A DNA stretch of 64,000 bases from a bacterium. Its GTDB lineage: Bacteria > Patescibacteriota > Dojkabacteria > SC72. Below, piece after piece: positions 9,684-17,483 of this stretch (position 1 is its first letter; every line of letters begins with the position of its first letter). The notes under the pieces were generated by a model. That model was not told the DNA's origin and made no database searches. It saw only the letters and a list, made by a program, of their open reading frames with translations. The stretch is taken from positions 2,516-66,515 of the forward strand of contig JALHDC010000001.1 of the NCBI GenBank assembly GCA_022840695.1. The letters are read 5' to 3'. The position numbers and the translations under genes were made by a program.

Positions 9684-11558
9684 CTACTTAAACAATGTCT
9701 CAAACTCATCTCCAGTCACAACTTCTTTCTCAAGAAGGATATCTACTAATTTTTTAACATATTCCTTCTTTTCATTTAACAAATTTTTTGCATCTACATA
9801 TGCCTCGTCAATTAATCTTTTAACCTCAAAATCTATCATTCTTGCAGTATCTTCACTATATTCTTTCCCTCCACCATATGAATATCCCAAATGCTTTGTT
9901 TCTTCTAAATCCCCGTACTTAACCATACCTAACTTCTCACTCATTCCGTAATCCATTATCATTTCTCTAGCAATATTAGTGATTTGTTGAATATCGTTAG
10001 AAGCACCTGTAGATATATCTCCTAGGAAAATCTCCTCAGCTACCCTACCACCAATCCCCGTTCTTAACCAAGCCAACATTTGCTTTCTGTAAAGGAACTT
10101 TCTATCTTTCTCTGGTAAATATACGGTAACTCCACCACTTGCACCCCTGGATATTACAGATATCTGTTCAACAGGATCCGCTCCAGCGGTAAATTTTGCA
10201 ACTATTGCATGCCCTGCCTCATGATATGCTGTTTTTTCAATATCCTCTAATTCTTTGTCACCCTTTTTCTTCCTTCCTAATTTAACCTTAAGGTATGATT
10301 CCATTAGGTCTTCTTGAGATATTTTCTTCCTTCCCTCTTTCACTGCCATTATTGCAGCCTCATTTAAAAGATTCTCTAAATCTGCACCCGAATATCCGAC
10401 TGTTTTCTTAGCTAAAGTATTTAAATCTGCACTCTCTTCAAATTTCTTGTTCCTTGCATGAACATCCAGTATGGCTCTCCTACCGGTAAAATCAGGCATT
10501 GGAACAACCACAGTTCTATCAAATCTTCCTGGTCTTAAAATTGCTGGATCCAAAACATCCGGTCTATTTGTAGCAGCAAGAATTATGACGTTTTCTCTCT
10601 CTTCTAAACCATCCATCTCTACCAAGATCTGATTCAATGTTTGCTCTCCAGCTCCTGAATGGAGTACTGTTCCTCTCTTCTTAGCGACTGCATCTATTTC
10701 ATCTATGAAAACTATACATGGAGATGTTCTTCTTGCTTTTTTGAAAAGATCTCTAACCCTAGAAGCACCTGCACCAACAAGCATTTCTTCAAATTCTGAA
10801 CCAGAAGTATGGAAAAATGGAACTCCTGCTTCACCAGCTACTGCCTTAGCTAAAAGAGTCTTACCAGTTCCTGGATCTCCCGCTAAAAGTACACCTCTTG
10901 GTATTCTGGCTCCCATATCTCTATATTTTTTTGGACTTTTAAGAAAATCTATTATCTCCGTTAACTCTTCTTTTACTTCCTCTATTCCTGCAACATCATC
11001 AAATGTTATCCCAGTTCTCTTTCCCATTAACAACCTGGCCTTACTCTCTCCAAAATCCAGAATTTTACCTCCAGAAGCTTGCATGTTCTTTACCATAACA
11101 TACACTAAGATTAAGGCGGCACCTAGAAATATGAATGTAAGGACATCTCCAAATGTAATACCTAATTTAGGCTCGTAAAAATCATTTTCCAAATCCTTAA
11201 CATTTATTTCAGCATTTGTAAGGACTTGATAGAAATCGGTATCTGATGGTAACAGAGCATACCTTCTAGACAAAACCTCTACCCCATCAACTTCTTTCTT
11301 GTTCTCCAAAAGCACCATATCATCTTTCAAAATGATTTTCTCATATTTTTTCTCTGAAATTTCGGTTACTATCTGACTCACAGAGACCTCTTCCCCTTTG
11401 TAATTGATTACCTTGATTAAATATATTCCTGCAGTTAAAAGTACAGAGAGGATTACAGTAGCAACCAAACTTGGTACTCCCATCTTCCTTTTAGGAATAC
11501 TTCTTATATCTATCTTAACAACTTTGCTCTCAGCATTATCTTTTTTAGATTTATCCAT
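9684..11558 (-). CDS. ftsH: ATP-dependent zinc metalloprotease FtsH
   Basis: Two TM segments, Walker A GDPGTGKT, Walker B IVFIDEID, SRH ATNRPDVLDPAILRPGRFDR and HEAGH. Confidence 0.97.
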   Translation of the reverse strand: MDKSKKDNAESKVVKIDIRSIPKRKMGVPSLVATVILSVLLTAGIYLIKVINYKGEEVSVSQIVTEISEKKYEKIILKDDMVLLENKKEVDGVEVLSRRYALLPSDTDFYQVLTNAEINVKDLENDFYEPKLGITFGDVLTFIFLGAALILVYVMVKNMQASGGKILDFGESKARLLMGKRTGITFDDVAGIEEVKEELTEIIDFLKSPKKYRDMGARIPRGVLLAGDPGTGKTLLAKAVAGEAGVPFFHTSGSEFEEMLVGAGASRVRDLFKKARRTSPCIVFIDEIDAVAKKRGTVLHSGAGEQTLNQILVEMDGLEERENVIILAATNRPDVLDPAILRPGRFDRTVVVPMPDFTGRRAILDVHARNKKFEESADLNTLAKKTVGYSGADLENLLNEAAIMAVKEGRKKISQEDLMESYLKVKLGRKKKGDKELEDIEKTAYHEAGHAIVAKFTAGADPVEQISVISRGASGGVTVYLPEKDRKFLYRKQMLAWLRTGIGGRVAEEIFLGDISTGASNDIQQITNIAREMIMDYGMSEKLGMVKYGDLEETKHLGYSYGGGKEYSEDTARMIDFEVKRLIDEAYVDAKNLLNEKKEYVKKLVDILLEKEVVTGDEFETLFK

Positions 11559-11587
11559 CTTGAGGAAACATAATTTAATATTTTTAA

Positions 11588-11661
11588 TAGTGGGAACTGG
11601 GATCGAACCAGTGACCTTGGGTTTATGAATCCCATGCTCTAACCAACTGAGCTATCCCACC
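11588..11661 (-). tRNA. tRNA-Met(CAT), probably elongator; no encoded CCA
   Basis: GGTGGGATAGCTCAGTTGGTTAGAGCATGGGATTCATAAACCCAAGGTCACTGGTTCGATCCCAGTTCCCACTA folds as a cloverleaf. Confidence 0.9.
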
Positions 11662-11704
11662 AGAGATTCTTCCTATTATATCAAAGGAGATGGTAAAAAT
11701 ATAT

Positions 11705-12265
11705 TTAATTAGCTTTTCCTGAATACTCTCCTGTAGATGTATTTATCTTTAAAACATCACCTCTTTTTATGAACATTGGAACTTGAAGTCTGTATCCTGT
11801 TTCCACAGTTACTTCCTTGGTTGCAGAGTTTGATGTATTACCCTTAACTGTATCTTCGGCTTGAGTAACCTCTAATTCCATGCTTGGATTCTCTTTAACT
11901 GTTAATACTTTTTCTTCGTACATCATAATCAAGTGTGTAGATCCTTCTTTGAGAAAATTAGCATACTCACCTATTACATCTTTTGATATTGGTAATGTCT
12001 CATATGTTTGATTATCCATGAAGTAGCAATTTTCATTATCCATATACAAAAATTGCATTTCCTTTGTTTCGGGATTAATATATTCAACCTTGGTTCCTGC
12101 CTTTACCGTTTCTGTTAGAACCTGACCATTATCTAAAGCTTTTTTCTTCATTATCACCAACCCCCCCTGTCTTCCCTGGGTTTTAAGCTTTCTATCTATG
12201 AGATGAAATACTCTTCCGCTCTCTAGTATATACATTCCTTTTACCGGTTGATCTGTTAATGGCAT
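11705..12265 (-). CDS. efp: Elongation factor P
   Basis: MQFLYMD...YFMDNQTYE, DTVKGNTSNSATKEVTVETG, VPMFIKRGDVLKINTSTGEYSGK; likely start ATG 12265. Confidence 0.92.
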   Translation of the reverse strand: MPLTDQPVKGMYILESGRVFHLIDRKLKTQGRQGGLVIMKKKALDNGQVLTETVKAGTKVEYINPETKEMQFLYMDNENCYFMDNQTYETLPISKDVIGEYANFLKEGSTHLIMMYEEKVLTVKENPSMELEVTQAEDTVKGNTSNSATKEVTVETGYRLQVPMFIKRGDVLKINTSTGEYSGKAN

Positions 12266-12332
12266 ATATTGTTGTTGAAAAGTTAATGACAGAGATGATT
12301 TTAGCACAAGAGAAGTACATTTCCAAGAGAAA

Positions 12333-12407
12333 TGGTTGCGGGGGTCGGACTCGAACCGACGACCTCCAGGTTATGAGCCTGACGAGCTTCCACTGCTCTA
12401 CCCCGCG
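12333..12407 (-). tRNA. Initiator tRNA-fMet(CAT)
   Basis: CGCGGGGTAGAGCAGTGGAAGCTCGTCAGGCTCATAACCTGGAGGTCGTCGGTTCGAGTCCGACCCCCGCAACCA, with a C1-A72 mismatch and encoded CCA. Confidence 0.95.
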
Positions 12408-12446
12408 TTAAGAATAGTCTGATTATACTAGCAAAAACCCTTTTAT

Positions 12447-12893
12447 TCAAATACCGGTTAGGAGGAAATCTTTCCAAATATGATATCCCCCCTCCTCATT
12501 GTTTTCTTGATTCGTACCCAATATCATTTCCATATCCTTTTCTGACTCGTCTAAGACTGCTTCAGGAATTACAAATATATACTCTCTCTCTCCAGCAAAG
12601 TTCAGTCTATCTCTTGCTTGGATCTCCAAATATTCCTTACTTTGCATGGTATCTAACAGAAGTGCCAATTCTAAATTCTTTAATCTTAATTCATCTACCT
12701 CAGAACGGGCATTTTTTAATATATCTAATTTTTGAACAGTAATGTCCGCTGAGTGAATAACATTGTAGAGGAGAAAGGCTGATACAGAGAGAAGAATGAT
12801 TTTAGTTAAAAGATTGTCGAACAATTTCTTAAATGATGGACCCTGATCTTCCTGTTTTACTCTTGTCCCTTCTTTGTAAATAAATCTATCCAT
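12447..12893 (-). CDS. Septum formation initiator (DivIC/FtsB-like)
   Basis: TM, coiled coil and the EYLEIQARDRLNFAGEREYIFVIP motif. Confidence 0.75.
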   Translation of the reverse strand: MDRFIYKEGTRVKQEDQGPSFKKLFDNLLTKIILLSVSAFLLYNVIHSADITVQKLDILKNARSEVDELRLKNLELALLLDTMQSKEYLEIQARDRLNFAGEREYIFVIPEAVLDESEKDMEMILGTNQENNEEGGYHIWKDFLLTGI

Positions 12894-13024
12894 GTATAGA
12901 TATTAACAGTATGCAGATTTTAATTCAAAAGTCCTATATATTTTTATTATTGCTCTCTACCCCTCGTGGTGATATAATTTTTTCTATATACAGTAAAACT
13001 ATATAAAATTAGGAATATAGAAAA

Positions 13025-13912
13025 GTGAGCGGAATAAATAACCCAAATTTTGAGAAAAAAGCCCATGCATTTATAGAAGATTTAAAGTCAAAAGGTCGCT
13101 CTGAATCAACAGTTATTGCATACTCCAAAGATATAGAACAGTTAGTAAACTTTTTCTCCAAAGAGGGACTCGCTTCTATGGATGATGTTGCGATTGAACA
13201 TTTAGAAAAATATAAACAAAATCTACAGGATAATAACTACACCCCAAAGAGTATTTCAAGAAAAATAAATAGTACAAGAACATTCTTTAGATTTCTTTTA
13301 GAAAATTCATTAATTAAAGATAATCCTTCAGAAAAGTTGGCTCATCCTAAGTTTGAAACAAAACCTCCAAGAATCTTAACAGAGATGGAGTACAGGGCAT
13401 TGAGAGATGTTAGTAGGGTCGATGTTAGGCTTTACTCTATTGTAGAAATTTTGTTACAAACAGGGATTAGGATTGGTGAATTAGCAGGGCTTTCTTTAGA
13501 CGATGTAAGGCAATCAAAAGATGGGAAAATTGATTTTCTATATATCAAGGCTGCAGGCAGTCATCCTGCAAGGAAGGTTCCTTTGAATAAATCAGCAAAA
13601 AAAGCTATAGATGATTATATAGAGGTAAGGCCAGAAACAGAGGACGAGACATTATTTGTAACTAAGAATGGTAGACCATTATTGGTTAGAAATATAAGAA
13701 CAGCTATAGATAAGGCATTTGAGAAGGCACAGATTAAGAATGCAAAGGTTAATGATTTAAGAAATACCTTCATCGCTCATCACCTATCAAATGGTGTAAG
13801 TTTGGTTACAGTTTCAAAACTTGTTGGACATAAAAGATTATCTACTACAGAGAAATATTTAAATCTTGTTAAGATTCAAGCTGAAGATCAGAAGAGCTTA
13901 GGAGAGCTGTAA
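13025..13912 (+). CDS. Tyrosine recombinase (XerC/XerD family)
   Basis: N-terminal SAM-like domain (SESTVIAYSKDI, SISRKINSTRTFF), TGIRIGEL, DLRNTF and LVGHKRLSTTEKY. Confidence 0.9.
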   Translation: MSGINNPNFEKKAHAFIEDLKSKGRSESTVIAYSKDIEQLVNFFSKEGLASMDDVAIEHLEKYKQNLQDNNYTPKSISRKINSTRTFFRFLLENSLIKDNPSEKLAHPKFETKPPRILTEMEYRALRDVSRVDVRLYSIVEILLQTGIRIGELAGLSLDDVRQSKDGKIDFLYIKAAGSHPARKVPLNKSAKKAIDDYIEVRPETEDETLFVTKNGRPLLVRNIRTAIDKAFEKAQIKNAKVNDLRNTFIAHHLSNGVSLVTVSKLVGHKRLSTTEKYLNLVKIQAEDQKSLGEL

Positions 13913-14009
13913 TTGATAAATATCCGATAGAATATTAAATTTCTTTGTAAATTTCGCTATAGTCATTGGTATACTAACATTTCTCAACTCACTAAAGGTC
14001 TGGAGGGTG

Positions 14010-14083
14010 TGGGAATAGGTGGACTCGAACCACCGACCACGGCTTTATAAGAACCGCGCTCTAACCACCTGAGCTATATTCCC
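14010..14083 (-). tRNA. tRNA-Ile(TAT)
   Basis: GGGAATATAGCTCAGGTGGTTAGAGCGCGGTT-CTTATAA-AGCCGTGGTCGGTGGTTCGAGTCCACCTATTCCCA; anticodon TAT and discriminator A. Confidence 0.9.
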
Positions 14084-14117
14084 ATAACTAGATGATTCTA
14101 CCAAAATGTAATGAAAT

Positions 14118-16646
14118 TTAGAAGCCCATTGGAGGAAATCCTTGCGAAGGTTGTTCCACTTTCTCCTCTACCTTATCCAATTGAGATCTTACCCTTATAT
14201 CATCATTTACTACATTTAAATCTCTTCCATACTTTCTTCTTGATATTTCTTTCACTATATTTGCAACTTCTTTGTTTACAGGAAGATCAAATCCAGAATC
14301 TGGGTACTGTGGACCGTATAGAGTGTTAAGTGAGAAAGGAGAAGGATATATGCCATTGTTTAGAAGTTTAACATATGCATGTCCCATTCCTTGGTTAACG
14401 ATATCCATTGAACTGATATACGATTCAAATTGTGTCTCCAAAAATTCCGCATCTTCAGCACTGCATCTGAATATGAATAGCGATCCTACATTTCCAAATA
14501 CTGCATTTCTTATATCTTCTGGTAATTGCCCAATATATTGGTGAGCTAATGTAAGGTTTAATCTATACTTTCTTGCTTCTGAGAGTATAGAATTAAATTC
14601 TTCTGTAGCAAAGTTTTGGAATTCATCGGCATAGAAGAAGAAGTCTTTTCTTTCTTTTTCGTCCATATCTTCTCTACTTAGGGCAGCAGCTAACATTTTT
14701 TGGACCAAGAGTAGACCTAAGAACGACATATTTTCTTCCCCTAATCTACCTTTTGAAAGGTTAACTATTAAAATCTTGCCTGAGTCCATAACTTCTCTGA
14801 AATCGAAAGATGATTGTGATTGTCCAATTATATTTCTAATGGCTAAGTTTGTAGTGAATTTGTCAAACTTAGATATAAAATATGTAAGAGCTTCTGATTT
14901 TGTCTTTTTGTCTGTTTTAGCTACCTGATCTGTCCAATATCTACGAACCAGTTCATCCTGTATCAAGGGTAACCAATGACTCATAACCCAATCTTCATCC
15001 TGGAGTATTCTTACAACCTCTATTAAAGTAGAGTCCTTTTTAGACATAGCGGTAAGCATAGAGTTCCTTACAGCCTGTTGGAATGCTGGTCCTGCATATC
15101 CTTGGTTATGTGGATCAAAGAGACGGATGAGGAGAGCTATGAAGCTGTTCACTATTTGATGCTTATGCTGTTCATTGTAATACTCCATGATATTGATACC
15201 AAATGGTCTTTCAAAATCTCCAGCATCAAAATATATTACATCTTCTGCCCTATCCGCAGGAATTCTCTCTAATATCATTTCTGCAGCTTGTCCGTGTGGA
15301 TCTATGAAGCAGACACCATCTCCATTATGAATATCCTGAAGTATCATTCTAACCATGAGCCATGATTTACCTGTACCTGTTTGTCCAAGTATATATGAAT
15401 GTCTTCTTCTGTCATCCCTCTTAAAACAGATAGCTTTCTTTTTTCCCCTAAAGTAGTTATTCCCTACCCATATTGTATCTTTCGAATTTATATCCGAGCT
15501 TATCTCGTTACTTGCAATCAGTTCTTTTGAGAGTAACCAGTTAACATTGGGAGTAGAGATATCTTTATTTGGGAAGTGATACAGAGCTGCTAGCTCCTCA
15601 AGGTTTAAAACTGTTTTTTCATCTTCGGGTGTTCTTCTGTATATTACATCATATACAAATTTCTTTTCTTCATTTTTGGAAATTTTTCTTTTTTTCAACC
15701 TATTAACACCTGGATTACTGTATTGGTCAAAAGCCCCGATAATATTGTCTAAATGCATTTTTGCAATTCCTTTATCTGGAGCACTAGTGATTATACGAAT
15801 TTCAGCCATAAGACCCGGTTTGGAAACCTTTTTACTAATTGCCTGCAACTTCTCTTGAGAGACATTTATTCTCTTCTTTTCAGGATCTGAATTATTACTT
15901 TCAACTTTCTGCACAAACTTTTCACCATTTTTCTGCCAACTTGAATCTGTAGGAGCAATGACTATCTGTACCAAAGCTCCTTCGTCTTCAGACATTTTAC
16001 TCAAGGTACTAAGTACATTTGCCATTGGGTCTCCAGTGAAATTTTCAGCCACCCTTATTGGACAGTACGAATCTTCATCTAGACCTAATTTTGCATAAGC
16101 AATTTCAGATTTAGGTGCGAATATATTGTACTGTTTGACTATTGCTACATCAGCATCTTGGTATGATCCTAATATTTGTTTTTCAACCAAATCAGCAAGT
16201 TTTCTAGGACAATGAACAAAGAATCTGATTTCTCCAGGAAGTCCTACTATTTCAAAACTAACACTATTGTTTACACTGAATTTCTCTGCAAGACCTTCCC
16301 CTTTTCCTCCTATTCCATAGAGATTGGCAAACATTTTCTCAGCAACTCCCAACTCTACTTCATTATTTCTCGGGACTCTAACTTCCATTAATACCCCATC
16401 CATAGCTTTTTCATCTCTATCCTTCTTTTTTAATTTTTTCTGTATATACAGAAATCCAACGACTAAACCTCCTACCAAGAGAAGAAAAAATATTATCCAG
16501 CCGTATGGAATATTACGAGTTGCTTGATTGTATAAATCACCGTATGTATCTTTAGGATATTCAACATTAGAACCAGTCTCTATTTCTGGTATTTCTTTTG
16601 GTACAGGACCAATTAATTGTGAATATGTAAATTCCCCCGGATTCAT
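14118..16646 (-). CDS. TraD/VirD4/TrwB-like (FtsK-HerA superfamily) membrane ATPase
   Basis: N-terminal TM, Walker A GQTGTGKS, FIDPHG, Walker B FFFYADEFQNF and LSEARKYRLNLTLAHQY. Confidence 0.88.
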   Translation of the reverse strand: MNPGEFTYSQLIGPVPKEIPEIETGSNVEYPKDTYGDLYNQATRNIPYGWIIFFLLLVGGLVVGFLYIQKKLKKKDRDEKAMDGVLMEVRVPRNNEVELGVAEKMFANLYGIGGKGEGLAEKFSVNNSVSFEIVGLPGEIRFFVHCPRKLADLVEKQILGSYQDADVAIVKQYNIFAPKSEIAYAKLGLDEDSYCPIRVAENFTGDPMANVLSTLSKMSEDEGALVQIVIAPTDSSWQKNGEKFVQKVESNNSDPEKKRINVSQEKLQAISKKVSKPGLMAEIRIITSAPDKGIAKMHLDNIIGAFDQYSNPGVNRLKKRKISKNEEKKFVYDVIYRRTPEDEKTVLNLEELAALYHFPNKDISTPNVNWLLSKELIASNEISSDINSKDTIWVGNNYFRGKKKAICFKRDDRRRHSYILGQTGTGKSWLMVRMILQDIHNGDGVCFIDPHGQAAEMILERIPADRAEDVIYFDAGDFERPFGINIMEYYNEQHKHQIVNSFIALLIRLFDPHNQGYAGPAFQQAVRNSMLTAMSKKDSTLIEVVRILQDEDWVMSHWLPLIQDELVRRYWTDQVAKTDKKTKSEALTYFISKFDKFTTNLAIRNIIGQSQSSFDFREVMDSGKILIVNLSKGRLGEENMSFLGLLLVQKMLAAALSREDMDEKERKDFFFYADEFQNFATEEFNSILSEARKYRLNLTLAHQYIGQLPEDIRNAVFGNVGSLFIFRCSAEDAEFLETQFESYISSMDIVNQGMGHAYVKLLNNGIYPSPFSLNTLYGPQYPDSGFDLPVNKEVANIVKEISRRKYGRDLNVVNDDIRVRSQLDKVEEKVEQPSQGFPPMGF

Positions 16647-16708
16647 AGTAGGACAGTAGAATCTTATGATTAAAGAATATCACACAGGGATATATATATC
16701 AAAGAAAA

Positions 16709-16999
16709 CTAGAGTGGCTCGTTACCATTCATATAGTCAACAAGTGCCTCCAAAGCAACATTGTATTTTGTTTCATCGGTGGCATCTATTACAGGAAATC
16801 CTACACCCAAATCTAGGTATTTAACTTTGTCAGTATTTGGTAAAGCTTTTTCTACAAGCTCTACTCTTTCCGGTGTGATTGGAGATGTGTCGTTTGAAGG
16901 AATTTCTACTACCGGGCTTTCGACAACAGGAGTAACTCCTACTGGCAATATCTCAGGAGTAATATTTGATTGTTCTATACTAGGTGTCATATTATTCAT
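16709..16999 (-). CDS. Hypothetical protein, Pro/Thr/Val-rich N-terminus
   Basis: 96-aa ORF with its own TGATATAAT element upstream. Confidence 0.6.
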   Translation of the reverse strand: MNNMTPSIEQSNITPEILPVGVTPVVESPVVEIPSNDTSPITPERVELVEKALPNTDKVKYLDLGVGFPVIDATDETKYNVALEALVDYMNGNEPL

Positions 17000-17027
17000 A
17001 ACCTATAATATTATATCATAAACACCT

Positions 17028-17471
17028 TTATCTTTCATACTTTCTCTTCTCGTACAGCAGTTCTCTTTCCAAATCTCTCTCCTTCTCAACTCTCTTCTTT
17101 TCATAGTTCTTCTTCCCCTTACCAAACCCAACCTCTACCTTAACCTTGCCTCTTGTAGTATACACACTGACAGGAATTAATGTAAGATTTTTCTGTTTTA
17201 ATTTTGCATCTATCTGTACAAGCTCTTTTCCTGTTACTAACAATTTTCTAGATTTTTTAGAATCATAATTCATGCTGCCATCAAATTGATATTTAGGGAT
17301 ATCTCCATTTACAAGCCATAACTCTCCCCCAACTATCTTTACATATGCATCAGACAGATTAATTCTTCCAGATTTTATTGATTTAACCTCAGCTCCTGTT
17401 AATATGATACCGGCTTCAAATGTATCTAAAATTTCGTAATTGAAAAGTGCTTTTTTATTCTTTATTTTCAT
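17028..17471 (-). CDS. smpB: SsrA-binding protein SmpB
   Basis: NKKALFNYEILDTFEAGIILTGAEVKSIK, SRKLL, KVEVGFGKGKKNYEKK. Confidence 0.97.
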   Translation of the reverse strand: MKIKNKKALFNYEILDTFEAGIILTGAEVKSIKSGRINLSDAYVKIVGGELWLVNGDIPKYQFDGSMNYDSKKSRKLLVTGKELVQIDAKLKQKNLTLIPVSVYTTRGKVKVEVGFGKGKKNYEKKRVEKERDLERELLYEKRKYER

Positions 17472-17483
17472 GCGAGTATTATA

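Noticed and set aside
11588-11661. CAT tRNA as lysidine-type tRNA-Ile2
   Set aside because: This cannot be excluded by eye, but a separate UAU tRNA-Ile exists, so elongator Met is more parsimonious. An isotype-specific covariance model would decide.
13940-13980. Possible dif site or antisense promoter (TGGTATACT) after the recombinase
   Set aside because: It does not match a dif consensus and lies only ~27 kb from oriC; a lone -10-like motif in AT-rich DNA is too weak to call.
13025-14083. Recombinase next to tRNA-Ile as an integrated element
   Set aside because: No duplicated tRNA-Ile 3' end and no cargo were seen; the neighbours (divIC-like, efp, ftsH) are core genes. The similar sequence at 11590 is simply another tRNA.
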